From: a virus
Lineage: Duplodnaviria; Heunggongvirae; Uroviricota; Caudoviricetes
Virus record (IMG/VR): IMGVR_UViG_2778261641_000006
Location: 1 to 14,407 of that record
Strand: one strand, 5' to 3'
Length of the DNA stretch: 14,407 nucleotides
Below are positions 1 to 6,158 of the stretch, piece by piece (positions within the stretch are counted from its first letter, which is position 1; every line of letters begins with the position of its first letter). The notes beneath the pieces are model-generated. The model saw only the letters and a list, made by a program, of their open reading frames with translations. It did not search any database and had not been told where the DNA came from. The position numbers were made by a program, and so were the translations under genes.

Positions 1-101
1 ACAGTCGCCTAAACATAATCTGTCGCGAGTGCCGGAAGAGCGAAGTTATGCAGCGCATATTGTCGTTTTATCAGGGGAATTTTCAGGAGGTGGTGCTGTG
101 A
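1..101 (+). CDS. Possible 3' end of an upstream gene running off the left edge (partial)
   Basis: Frame 3 is open from the window start to TGA at 99-101 and contains a CxxC motif (ICRECRK). The stop abuts GTG at 102. Frame 2 is also open from position 2 to a stop at 182-184, so the assignment is ambiguous. Confidence 0.2.
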   Translation, partial: SRLNIICRECRKSEVMQRILSFYQGNFQEVVL

Positions 102-158
102 GTGAAATTAGCTATCAGGCTTCAATTGCCGCTGGCATTCGCATCAAAGGAGAGGAGC

Positions 159-515
159 ATGGAAATAAAACCAGAAGATGAGTTAAGTAATATTGTTTTA
201 TTTCCGGTAAAAGAGGATGACCCACGTAATCAGGTTAATTTTCTTTATGAGCCATCGGAAAGACCATACTGCCATCACGCTTCTGTCCGGGTTGACGAAA
301 AAGAGCGTCAGGTCCGCTGTAAAAACTGCGGTGCAGTTGTGGAGCCGTTTGACTGGATGCTCTCAGTGGCGAAAAGAGAAACCAGACTGGCAGATGATGT
401 AAGGCTATTGCGCCAGGAGGAACAGGAAAGGCGGAAAAATATAGAAAAGTTAATTCAGATTGAGCGTAACGCGAAAGCGCGGATACGCAGAGCGACAAAA
501 TCCAGAACTGAATAA
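159..515 (+). CDS. Hypothetical phage protein with a Cys/His cluster (possible zinc ribbon) and a basic, coiled-coil-like C-terminus
   Basis: ORF-track frame 102..515. ATG at 159 is preceded by AAGGAGAGGAG 6-9 nt upstream; GTG at 102 is an alternative start. Motif CHH-x16-CxxC, followed by a K/R/E-rich tail. I recognise no homolog. Confidence 0.5.
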   Translation: MEIKPEDELSNIVLFPVKEDDPRNQVNFLYEPSERPYCHHASVRVDEKERQVRCKNCGAVVEPFDWMLSVAKRETRLADDVRLLRQEEQERRKNIEKLIQIERNAKARIRRATKSRTE

Positions 516-585
516 TTAAATTTAGTAGTGTTAAAAATTTAATCCTTAACCGGAGGGATTTCTGCACCCTCAGAACATCAGGAGG

Positions 586-601
586 CCGCCCGAAAGGGCG
601 G
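586..601 (+). promoter_or_regulatory. Stable hairpin (CCGCCC-GAAA-GGGCGG) between the SD-like AGGAGG (580-585) and the start codon of the next gene
   Basis: Perfect 6-bp GC stem with a GNRA tetraloop, seen directly. No U-tract follows, so it is not a classical terminator. If folded, the SD-to-ATG(609) distance drops from 23 nt to about 7 nt. Confidence 0.35.
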
Positions 602-608
602 TAATGAA

Positions 609-791
609 ATGCGAAAGTTCAAAATAATTATTGAAACGGGAATAGCTGGTGGAGATTTTGAGGATGTATTCGAAGTGGACGATGACGCAACACCTGATGA
701 AATTCATGATGAAGCAAAAGAAATTTTCTTTAACTACTGCAATTACTCATATCACGCAATAAAAGACGAAGAGGAAGAACAAAATGGCTGA
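609..791 (+). CDS. Small, highly acidic hypothetical protein (60 aa)
   Basis: ORF track. About 18 D/E versus 5 K/R in 60 residues. The stop overlaps the start of the next gene by 8 nt. Confidence 0.5.
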   Translation: MRKFKIIIETGIAGGDFEDVFEVDDDATPDEIHDEAKEIFFNYCNYSYHAIKDEEEEQNG

Positions 792-960
792 TTTTGGTTC
801 AACTAAATACAACGTCAGTTTTGAAGAATGGCATGAACTGTTAATGGACTATGCAGAGTTACGTGGTGGAAGTGCTGCTGATGCTGAAGCCTGGCGTGAT
901 GACTACGAAGCAGGAAAAACACCTGTCGAAGCATATTGTGATGAGTGGGGCGATGAATGA
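784..960 (+). CDS. Small acidic hypothetical protein (58 aa; below the ORF-track length cutoff)
   Basis: Translated by hand: ATG 784 to TGA 958-960, MADFGSTKYNVSFEEWHELLMDYAELRGGSAADAEAWRDDYEAGKTPVEAYCDEWGDE. GAGGAAG lies 7-8 nt upstream. The start overlaps the previous stop, and the stop overlaps the next ATG (ATGA at 957-960). Confidence 0.4.
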   Translation: MADFGSTKYNVSFEEWHELLMDYAELRGGSAADAEAWRDDYEAGKTPVEAYCDEWGDE

Positions 961-1472
961 GCGAGATTAATTATCAGGAAGGGCATGAAACGGTAGGGCA
1001 GGCAAAACCAGTTGCATGGCGATATCGCTATGTGAAAAAAAGCGTTACGGACTTTCAGGAGAAGATGTGGGTTGGTGACTGGAAATATGTACCGACAAAA
1101 GAGGATTGCAACGACAGGCCGAGCTATGAGATTCAGGCCTTATTCACTGCCCCGCCAGTCCCGGTGACATCAGAAGGACTGGTTAAAGCCGTGCGCTTTT
1201 ATGAACAGGTAAAGCGTGAAAATCCGCCAGCCGAAACAGGATCATGGAAAGATGCTGTTGATTGGGTACTCAAAGAGGCCTGCTGTGCTGCCATTCTGGG
1301 TAAAGCTGACAATCCACTAGCATCCAGTAATCAGGTTAGCGAATTAACAATGTGGGTTAAACGACTGGTCAGTCAACTGAAAAAAGCTCAGCCGGACTGC
1401 AAATTACCGGAGAAGGCGATGGATTACCTGAAACGAAATGGACTGATAAGCGTGGAGGATGTTTTAAGATGA
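957..1472 (+). CDS. Hypothetical phage protein (171 aa)
   Basis: ORF track; coupled to the flanking genes through ATGA overlaps at both ends. No motif I recognise. Confidence 0.55.
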   Translation: MSEINYQEGHETVGQAKPVAWRYRYVKKSVTDFQEKMWVGDWKYVPTKEDCNDRPSYEIQALFTAPPVPVTSEGLVKAVRFYEQVKRENPPAETGSWKDAVDWVLKEACCAAILGKADNPLASSNQVSELTMWVKRLVSQLKKAQPDCKLPEKAMDYLKRNGLISVEDVLR

Positions 1473-1552
1473 CCTGGTCTGAAGCATTCACAACGGTAGG
1501 AATCGCACTGGCGGTGGCGCTGGTGGTGTATTCGATTTGCCGCTGGGGATAA
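1469..1552 (+). CDS. Putative 27-aa hydrophobic peptide (MTWSEAFTTVGIALAVALVVYSICRWG)
   Basis: Hand-translated. ATG 1469 overlaps the TGA of the previous gene (ATGA). Single predicted transmembrane segment. Very short, so it could be spurious. Confidence 0.25.
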   Translation: MTWSEAFTTVGIALAVALVVYSICRWG

Positions 1553-1558
1553 AAACGG

Positions 1559-1586
1559 TTTGCGGGAAAAGGAGAGTTAAGTAGAA
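1559..1586 (+). promoter_or_regulatory. Candidate sigma70 promoter for the hok mRNA (TTGCGG -16 nt- TAGAAT)
   Basis: Hexamers read directly. A start near 1593 and the terminator-like hairpin at 1990-2007 would give a transcript of about 415 nt, which fits known hok mRNAs of roughly 400 nt. Confidence 0.3.
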
Positions 1587-1763
1587 TTGCAGCGGGTGCT
1601 TGAGGCTATCTGTCTCAGGCATGAACACCAAAAGGCAGATAGAGAAAAGCCCCAGTTAACATTACGCGTCCGGCAAGACGCTTAACATTAATCTGAGGCT
1701 CAATCTATGAACGGCAAATCTAGGTTAGCCTCTTACGTGCCGAAAGGCAAGGAGAAGCAGGCT

Positions 1764-1919
1764 ATGAAGCAGCAAAAGGCGATGTTAGTCGCCCTGATCG
1801 TCATCTGTATTACCGTCATTGTGACGGCACTGGTAACGAGGAAAGACCTCTGCGAGGTACGAATCCGAACCGGCCAGACGGAGGTCGCTGTCTTCACAGC
1901 TTACGAACCTGAGGAGTAA
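1764..1919 (+). CDS. hokD: Hok/Gef-family type I toxin (small membrane toxin, 51 aa)
   Basis: MKQQKAMLVALIVICITVIVTALVTRKDLCEVRIRTGQTEVAVFTAYEPEE is near-identical to my recollection of E. coli HokD (RelF) and close to HokC (Gef). GGAG lies 8 nt upstream of ATG 1764. The in-frame upstream ATG at 1707 gives the 70-aa ORF in the track, possibly a mok-like leader reading frame. Confidence 0.85.
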   Translation: MKQQKAMLVALIVICITVIVTALVTRKDLCEVRIRTGQTEVAVFTAYEPEE

Positions 1920-1926
1920 GAGACCT

Positions 1927-1948
1927 GGCGGGGGAGAAATCCCTCGCC
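1927..1948 (+). promoter_or_regulatory. 8-bp GC-rich hairpin just 3' of hok (GGCGGGGG-AGAAAT-CCCTCGCC), possibly an mRNA folding or stability element
   Basis: Inverted repeat read directly, with one G-U pair. No U-tract follows. Hok mRNAs are known to carry 3' fold-back elements, but the assignment here is inference. Confidence 0.3.
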
Positions 1949-1989
1949 ACCTCTGATGTGTCAGGCATCCTCAACGCACCCGCACTTAA

Positions 1990-2007
1990 CCCGCTTCGGC
2001 GTTTTTT
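1990..2007 (+). terminator. Weak rho-independent terminator (CGC-UUCG-GCG then T6) at the end of the hok transcript
   Basis: 3-bp stem with a UUCG tetraloop followed by TTTTTT. It shares the 13-mer ACCCGCTTCGGCG with the stronger terminator at 2655-2679. Confidence 0.4.
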
Positions 2008-2062
2008 CCGTTGATTAACTCTAGTTATTAGAGAACCGAACTTTTATTGATGGGGCAGGGAG

Positions 2063-2455
2063 ATGAAGAAACTTGTTTTAGTCGCAGGTGTAATGATTGC
2101 AACAGTAATGTTGGGAGGGTGTGCAGCAAAGGTCGATCCAGCGTTGAAAGCAGAAGCAATGAAGCCACTAACATGTAATGATGAAAAGCAATGTGACTTT
2201 TATTGGAAACGAGCGCAATTCTGGTTGGCTAATAATTCCTCATGGAAAATTCAAACGGCGACAGACACGCTAATTTCCACTTATAATCCCTCTCCAAATA
2301 GTCCATTCCTCGCTTATCAAGTGAGTAAAATGCCAAATGAAGATGGATCCTCAAGAATTTTCATCAAGCCTTTTTGCGATAATATGTTTGGCTGTCAACC
2401 AAACCCCTATCAGGCAGTTGTTTCCTTTAAAAACTTCGTTAAAACAGGGCAGTAG
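2063..2455 (+). CDS. Putative lipoprotein (moron), 130 aa
   Basis: N-terminal signal peptide with lipobox LGGC (Cys20); four more Cys in the mature part; AGGGAG as RBS. Not Bor by sequence comparison from memory. Flanked by terminator-like hairpins on both sides. Confidence 0.7.
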   Translation: MKKLVLVAGVMIATVMLGGCAAKVDPALKAEAMKPLTCNDEKQCDFYWKRAQFWLANNSSWKIQTATDTLISTYNPSPNSPFLAYQVSKMPNEDGSSRIFIKPFCDNMFGCQPNPYQAVVSFKNFVKTGQ

Positions 2456-2654
2456 TGTATAGCTTGGACGATAAATTATTAGTGAAAACGCCGTAAACCC
2501 TCACCCAATGTGGACTAAGTCTATCAAACATGACTGTGATGATTAGTCCGTAGTTGTTGCCTATGAAATCTGGATTGAGTCAGGGTTTAATCCAATAATT
2601 ATTCTATCGTTCCTTTACAAGTCCGGTATATTACTTTCAGTTTGTTTTAGCATA

Positions 2655-2679
2655 CCCGCTTCGGCGGGTTTTGTTTTTT
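2655..2679 (+). terminator. Rho-independent terminator (CCCGC-TTCG-GCGGG then TTTTGTTTTTT)
   Basis: 5-bp GC stem, UUCG tetraloop and a long T-tract, read directly. Confidence 0.6.
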
Positions 2680-2751
2680 CCTGGCATTCTGGTTTACAAT
2701 TCGCACGCCAGCCTGAACAACTGGCACCTGCTGCGCCAGCAGAGACAACCG

Positions 2752-3030
2752 ATGGCGCACGATACCAAATTACACAATTCTGATGATTCTGCCGTCTTTG
2801 CCAGCAGGCACGGGCGGCGTTCCCGCACTTTCAAATCTGACTGGTTCCAGCATGACCCATGTACTGAAGAACAGGCCGAATGGCTAATTCATAACTATCG
2901 CAGACGCGGATACGAGATTAAGAAAGCCCTCAGCCTCGATTATCGTCACTGGATAATCTATGTCAGGCTCCCTTATTCCGAACGCCCACCGCGCCCATCC
3001 CGCACATACCAGCAACGGATCTGGAGGTAA
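2752..3030 (+). CDS. Small basic hypothetical protein (92 aa), in the position Rem occupies in Qin
   Basis: The ORF-track entry begins at a TTG (2671) inside the terminator T-tract; the first ATG is at 2752. Stop TAA at 3028-3030 sits just before the GTG start of the next gene. Weak RBS. Confidence 0.4.
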   Translation: MAHDTKLHNSDDSAVFASRHGRRSRTFKSDWFQHDPCTEEQAEWLIHNYRRRGYEIKKALSLDYRHWIIYVRLPYSERPPRPSRTYQQRIWR

Positions 3031-3031
3031 C

Positions 3032-4090
3032 GTGCGGATATTACTTCGACCTGTTCTGGTACCGGAACTCGGGCTGGTGGTCCTTAGGCCGGGCCGTGAA
3101 TCCATGCAAGTATTTCATAACCCTCGAGTGCTGGTGGAGCCTGAACCGAAAAGCATGCGCGGTCTGCCGTCCGGAGTCGTCCCTGCCGTTCGCCAGCCGC
3201 TGGCGGAGGATAAATCATTACTGCCATTTTTCAGCGATGAGCGGGTGATTCGTGCTGCTGGCGGCGCTGGGGCACTGTCTGACTGGCTGTTGCGTCATGT
3301 CAAATCCTGCCAGTGGCCTCATGGTGACTATCATCACAGTGAAATCGTCATACATCGTTACGGTACCGGCGCGATGGTGTTGTGCTGGCACTGCGACAAC
3401 CAGTTGCGTGACCAGACATCCGAATCACTCGGGCAACTTGCTCATCAAAACCTGTCAGCATGGATGATTGACGTCATACGCCATGCAATGAATGGCACGC
3501 AGGAGCGGGAATTGTCGCTGGCTGAATTATCCTGGTGGGCGGTCTGCAATCAGGTGGCGGACGCGCTTCCGGAGGCAGTATTACGTCGTTCTCTGGGGTT
3601 ACGTGCGGAAAAAATCCGCTCCTTGTACCGCGAAAGCGACATCGTACCGGGAGAGCAGACCGCCACCAGCATACTGAAGCAGCGCACAAAAAATCTTGCG
3701 CCGTTGCCTCATGCCCACCAGCAACAGAACCCACCACAGGAAAAGACGGTGGTATGCATCACCGTTGATCCGGAGTCTCCGGCTCAGTATCTCCAGCGCC
3801 AGAAACCACAACGGGAAGAGATGCCTGTATACACGCGCTGGGTAAAAACGCAGAAATGCATGACGTGCGGTAATCAGGCAGATGATCCGCATCACATCAT
3901 TGGTCATGGACTGGGAGGGATGGGAACAAAGGCTGATGATTTGTTTGTTATTCCGCTGTGCCGTAAATGTCATAACGAACTGCACGCCGGGGTAAAAGAT
4001 TTTGAAGAAAAACACGGCAGCCAGCTGTTGTTGCTGATTCGTTTTTTAATGCACGCGAGAAATTCGGGTGTCCTGAAGTGGAAAGCATGA
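3032..4090 (+). CDS. DUF968/YdfU-like prophage protein with a C-terminal HNH-like Cys/His motif
   Basis: GTG at 3032 is in frame with the track ORF 2960..4090 and has GGAGGT 4 nt upstream. The resulting 352-aa product matches the size I recall for YdfU. C-terminal CMTCGN...HH...CRKCHNELH. Lies directly upstream of rusA, as in DLP12/Qin-type prophages. Confidence 0.65.
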   Translation: MRILLRPVLVPELGLVVLRPGRESMQVFHNPRVLVEPEPKSMRGLPSGVVPAVRQPLAEDKSLLPFFSDERVIRAAGGAGALSDWLLRHVKSCQWPHGDYHHSEIVIHRYGTGAMVLCWHCDNQLRDQTSESLGQLAHQNLSAWMIDVIRHAMNGTQERELSLAELSWWAVCNQVADALPEAVLRRSLGLRAEKIRSLYRESDIVPGEQTATSILKQRTKNLAPLPHAHQQQNPPQEKTVVCITVDPESPAQYLQRQKPQREEMPVYTRWVKTQKCMTCGNQADDPHHIIGHGLGGMGTKADDLFVIPLCRKCHNELHAGVKDFEEKHGSQLLLLIRFLMHARNSGVLKWKA

Positions 4091-4456
4091 ATGACTGAAC
4101 GCATAGAATTTGTTTTGCCTTACCCGCCGACGGTGAATACCTACTGGCGACGTCGTGGCAGCACATATTTTGTATCAAAAGCCGGCGAGCGTTATCGCCG
4201 TGATGTGGCGCTCATTGTTCGCCAGCAGCGGCTGAAATTAAACCTGCCCGGAAGGCTGGCGATAAAGGTGATTGCAGAGCCGCCGGATAAGCGCCGCCGG
4301 GACCTGGACAATATCCTGAAAGCACCACTGGATGCACTGACACATGCGGGGTTGCTTATCGACGACGAGCAGTTTGATGAAATCAATATTGTGCGCGGTC
4401 AGGTCGTTCCTGGTGGTCGGTTGGGGATAAAAATCACAGGGCTGGAGTGCGCATGA
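4091..4456 (+). CDS. rusA: RusA-family Holliday junction resolvase
   Basis: 121 aa; LPYPPTVNTYWR and RRRDLDNILKAPLDALTHAGLLIDDEQ align with E. coli RusA from memory. The start abuts the previous stop (TGAATG). Confidence 0.9.
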   Translation: MTERIEFVLPYPPTVNTYWRRRGSTYFVSKAGERYRRDVALIVRQQRLKLNLPGRLAIKVIAEPPDKRRRDLDNILKAPLDALTHAGLLIDDEQFDEINIVRGQVVPGGRLGIKITGLECA

Positions 4457-5142
4457 ATAACCAGTATTTACAGTTTGTGCGTGAACAGCTCATTATCGCC
4501 ACCGCCGATTTGAGTGGAGCAACAAAAGGTCAGCTTGAAGCCTGGCAGGAGAATGCCATGTTTGATACCGGGCGTTACAGGCGTAAAAAAATCCGGTACC
4601 GCGATGAAGTGACCGGAAAAATGATCACGCTGGATAATCCACCAATCCCGGGGAAACAATCGCTGGCAAAGAAGACGTCAATTCCTCTGGTAAGTCAGGT
4701 TGAGTTTTCGACATCATCATGGCGACGGGCGGTTCTGTCTCTTGAAGAACACCATAAAGCCTGGTTGCTGTGGTGTTACAGCGGCAGCATTTGCTGGGAA
4801 CACCAGATTGCGATAACACAGTGGGCGTGGAATGAATTTAACGCGCAATCTGGTACCAGAAAAATTGCGGAGAAAACACGGGAGCGCCTGAAAAAATTAA
4901 TCTGGCTGGCGGCACAGGATGTGAAGAGTGAGCTAGCTGGGCGTGAAACTTATGAATATCAGGAACTGGCATTACTGGCGGGAGTGACAACTAAAAACTG
5001 GTCCAAAACATTTACTGGTCACTGGGTTGCAATGAAACACATTTTCCACCGGCTGGATAGTGAGGCTTTATTGTTTGTGATGAGAACACGTTCAGAACAA
5101 AAGGCGGCATTTTCAAAGCAAAATGTTGCAAAAGTAGATTGA
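4453..5142 (+). CDS. Putative late-gene antiterminator Q (Qin QuuQ/Q82-like family)
   Basis: ATG 4453 overlaps the rusA stop (ATGA) and has GGAG 6 nt upstream; the track start at 4447 is a GTG. The function call rests on synteny (after rusA, before promoter/terminator and the lysis cassette) and size, not on recognised motifs. Confidence 0.55.
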   Translation: MNNQYLQFVREQLIIATADLSGATKGQLEAWQENAMFDTGRYRRKKIRYRDEVTGKMITLDNPPIPGKQSLAKKTSIPLVSQVEFSTSSWRRAVLSLEEHHKAWLLWCYSGSICWEHQIAITQWAWNEFNAQSGTRKIAEKTRERLKKLIWLAAQDVKSELAGRETYEYQELALLAGVTTKNWSKTFTGHWVAMKHIFHRLDSEALLFVMRTRSEQKAAFSKQNVAKVD

Positions 5143-5154
5143 AAGGCATATATT
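5126..5154 (+). promoter_or_regulatory. Candidate late promoter PR' (TTGCAA -17 nt- TATATT) overlapping the 3' end of the Q-like gene
   Basis: Hexamers and spacing read directly. A terminator follows about 50 nt downstream, the arrangement expected for a Q-modified PR'/tR' unit. Confidence 0.35.
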
Positions 5155-5207
5155 TCATGCAAATCTGATATTTTGCCGATTTTGTACGTGATGGCAAAAG
5201 CAAACAA

Positions 5208-5231
5208 AACCCGCCCACAAGCGGGTTTTTT
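5208..5231 (+). terminator. Rho-independent terminator (AACCCGC-CCACAA-GCGGGTT then T-tract); candidate tR'
   Basis: 7-bp stem with a T-tract, read directly. Confidence 0.6.
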
Positions 5232-5298
5232 GTGCCACTTATCTCGGATAGACATGGTGAATGCGCTAGTGGAGGAGATAAGGGTGATTTTTGAATGC

Positions 5299-5327
5299 TT
5301 GCAACATTGATTTCGTAACGTTATTAT
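5299..5327 (+). promoter_or_regulatory. Candidate sigma70 promoter for the tRNA cluster (TTGCAA -17 nt- TATTAT)
   Basis: Read directly. The predicted start at about 5334-5336 lies immediately 5' of the first tRNA (5337). Confidence 0.45.
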
Positions 5328-5336
5328 CCTGCGCCC

Positions 5337-5412
5337 GGCCCTTTAGCTCAGTGGTGAGAGCGAGCGACTCATAATCGCCAGGTCGCTGGTTCAAATCCAG
5401 CAAGGGCCACCA
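5337..5412 (+). tRNA. tRNA with anticodon CAT (Ile2/lysidine-type or Met; resembles E. coli ileX and prophage ileZ)
   Basis: Cloverleaf folded by hand: acceptor GGCCCTT/AAGGGCC, D-arm GCTC..GAGC, anticodon loop CTCATAA, T-loop TTCAAAT, 3' ACCA. Confidence 0.8.
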
Positions 5413-5413
5413 G

Positions 5414-5490
5414 CCGCCACTAGCTCATCAGGAAAGAGCGTCAACCCTTTAAGTTGAGTGTGCGAGGTTCGAGTCCCCGGTGGCGGTCCA
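5414..5490 (+). tRNA. Non-canonical tRNA-like gene, UUU-type (Lys-like) anticodon in a loop reading CCTTTAA (C at position 33)
   Basis: Acceptor CCGCCAC/GTGGCGG, discriminator T, CCA encoded; 9-nt D-loop; anticodon stem TCAAC/GTTGA; T-loop TTCGAGT with an A-C mismatch in the T-stem. Could be functional, a pseudo-tRNA, or mis-folded by hand. Confidence 0.45.
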
Positions 5491-5492
5491 GT

Positions 5493-5568
<76 letters not shown>

Positions 5569-5571
5569 TAT

Positions 5572-5646
<75 letters not shown>

Positions 5647-5652
5647 GTTAGA

Positions 5653-5698
5653 GTCTTTCAGTCTGCGATGATGGGAAATCCCGGAGTGACTGAAAGAC
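5653..5698. repeat. Perfect 11-bp inverted repeat (GTCTTTCAGTC / GACTGAAAGAC) with an inner GGG-AAAT-CCC mini-hairpin, just 3' of tRNA-Gly
   Basis: Read directly; 24-nt spacer. Possible RNA processing or structural element. Confidence 0.5.
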
Positions 5699-5705
5699 GT
5701 TTAAG

Positions 5706-5778
5706 TTATGAATGATCGCCTTTTTTTGCAAAATTGCTGTGCAGAAATACTAACCTTCGAGCAGGCGATCATTCATAA
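5706..5778. repeat. Perfect 15-bp inverted repeat (TTATGAATGATCGCC / GGCGATCATTCATAA) around a 43-nt spacer that holds a promoter-like TTGCAA -16 nt- TACTAA
   Basis: Read directly. The left arm is followed by T7. The embedded -35/-10-like hexamers are at 5726-5731 and 5748-5753. Confidence 0.5.
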
Positions 5779-5854
5779 GCACTCTGCTTTTATTCCGATT
5801 AACTGTGGGTGGTTTGTTGGATAGAGTGCTTTCCTTTCTGTATATATCGTTTCG

Positions 5855-5878
5855 CCCGCTTTTGCGGGTTTTTCTTTT
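5855..5878 (+). terminator. Rho-independent terminator (CCCGC-TTTT-GCGGG then TTTTTCTTTT) upstream of the lysis cassette
   Basis: Read directly; lies about 60 nt upstream of the holin start. Confidence 0.6.
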
Positions 5879-5938
5879 CAAATCCCTTTCATTTCTCAGT
5901 GTAAAACTACGCCATCCGTTATTTGCGGAGGTGAGGCT

Positions 5939-6154
5939 ATGAAATCCATGGACAAAATTTCAACGGGCATTGCCTACGGCACCTCCGCAGGCAGTGCTGG
6001 CTACTGGTTTTTACAGTGGCTTGATCAGGTCAGTCCTTCACAGTGGGCTGCGATTGGTGTACTGGGGAGTCTGGTTCTGGGCTTCCTGACTTATCTGACA
6101 AATCTGTACTTCAAAATCAGAGAAGACAAGCGTAAGGCTGCACGGGGAGAGTAA
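5939..6154 (+). CDS. S: Class II pinholin, phage 21 S21-type, with dual-start motif (antiholin from M1, holin from M4)
   Basis: [71 protein letters not shown] matches my recollection of S21 (S2171/S2168) and Qin EssQ. RBS GGAGGTGAGG. Confidence 0.85.
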   Translation: MKSMDKISTGIAYGTSAGSAGYWFLQWLDQVSPSQWAAIGVLGSLVLGFLTYLTNLYFKIREDKRKAARGE

Positions 6155-6158
6155 TTCA

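Noticed and set aside
98-184. Short frame-2 ORF from GTG 98 with a perfect AGGAGG 7 nt upstream (28 aa)
   Set aside because: Frame 2 is open from the window edge, so this may be read-through rather than a gene. It overlaps the better-supported start at 159, and the same AGGAGG could serve GTG 102. Not called.
1927-1948. The GC hairpin after hok as a rho-independent terminator
   Set aside because: No U-tract follows on either strand; more likely an mRNA structural element. The weaker hairpin with a T6 tract at 1990-2007 is the better terminator candidate.
2671-2751. N-terminal extension of the 2671..3030 track ORF
   Set aside because: The track start is a TTG inside the T-tract of the 2655-2679 terminator with no RBS. 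The first ATG at 2752 is more plausible.
2960-3031. Possible frameshift fusing the 2752-3030 ORF to the DUF968 ORF
   Set aside because: The overlap looked like a frameshifted single gene, but a GTG at 3032 with a perfect GGAGG right after the upstream stop explains both ORFs as separate intact genes, and the resulting size matches YdfU-like proteins.
5012-5255. Minus-strand ORFs across the Q 3' end and the terminator
   Set aside because: They overlap the Q-like gene and a plus-strand terminator hairpin and start at non-ATG codons; most likely artefacts.
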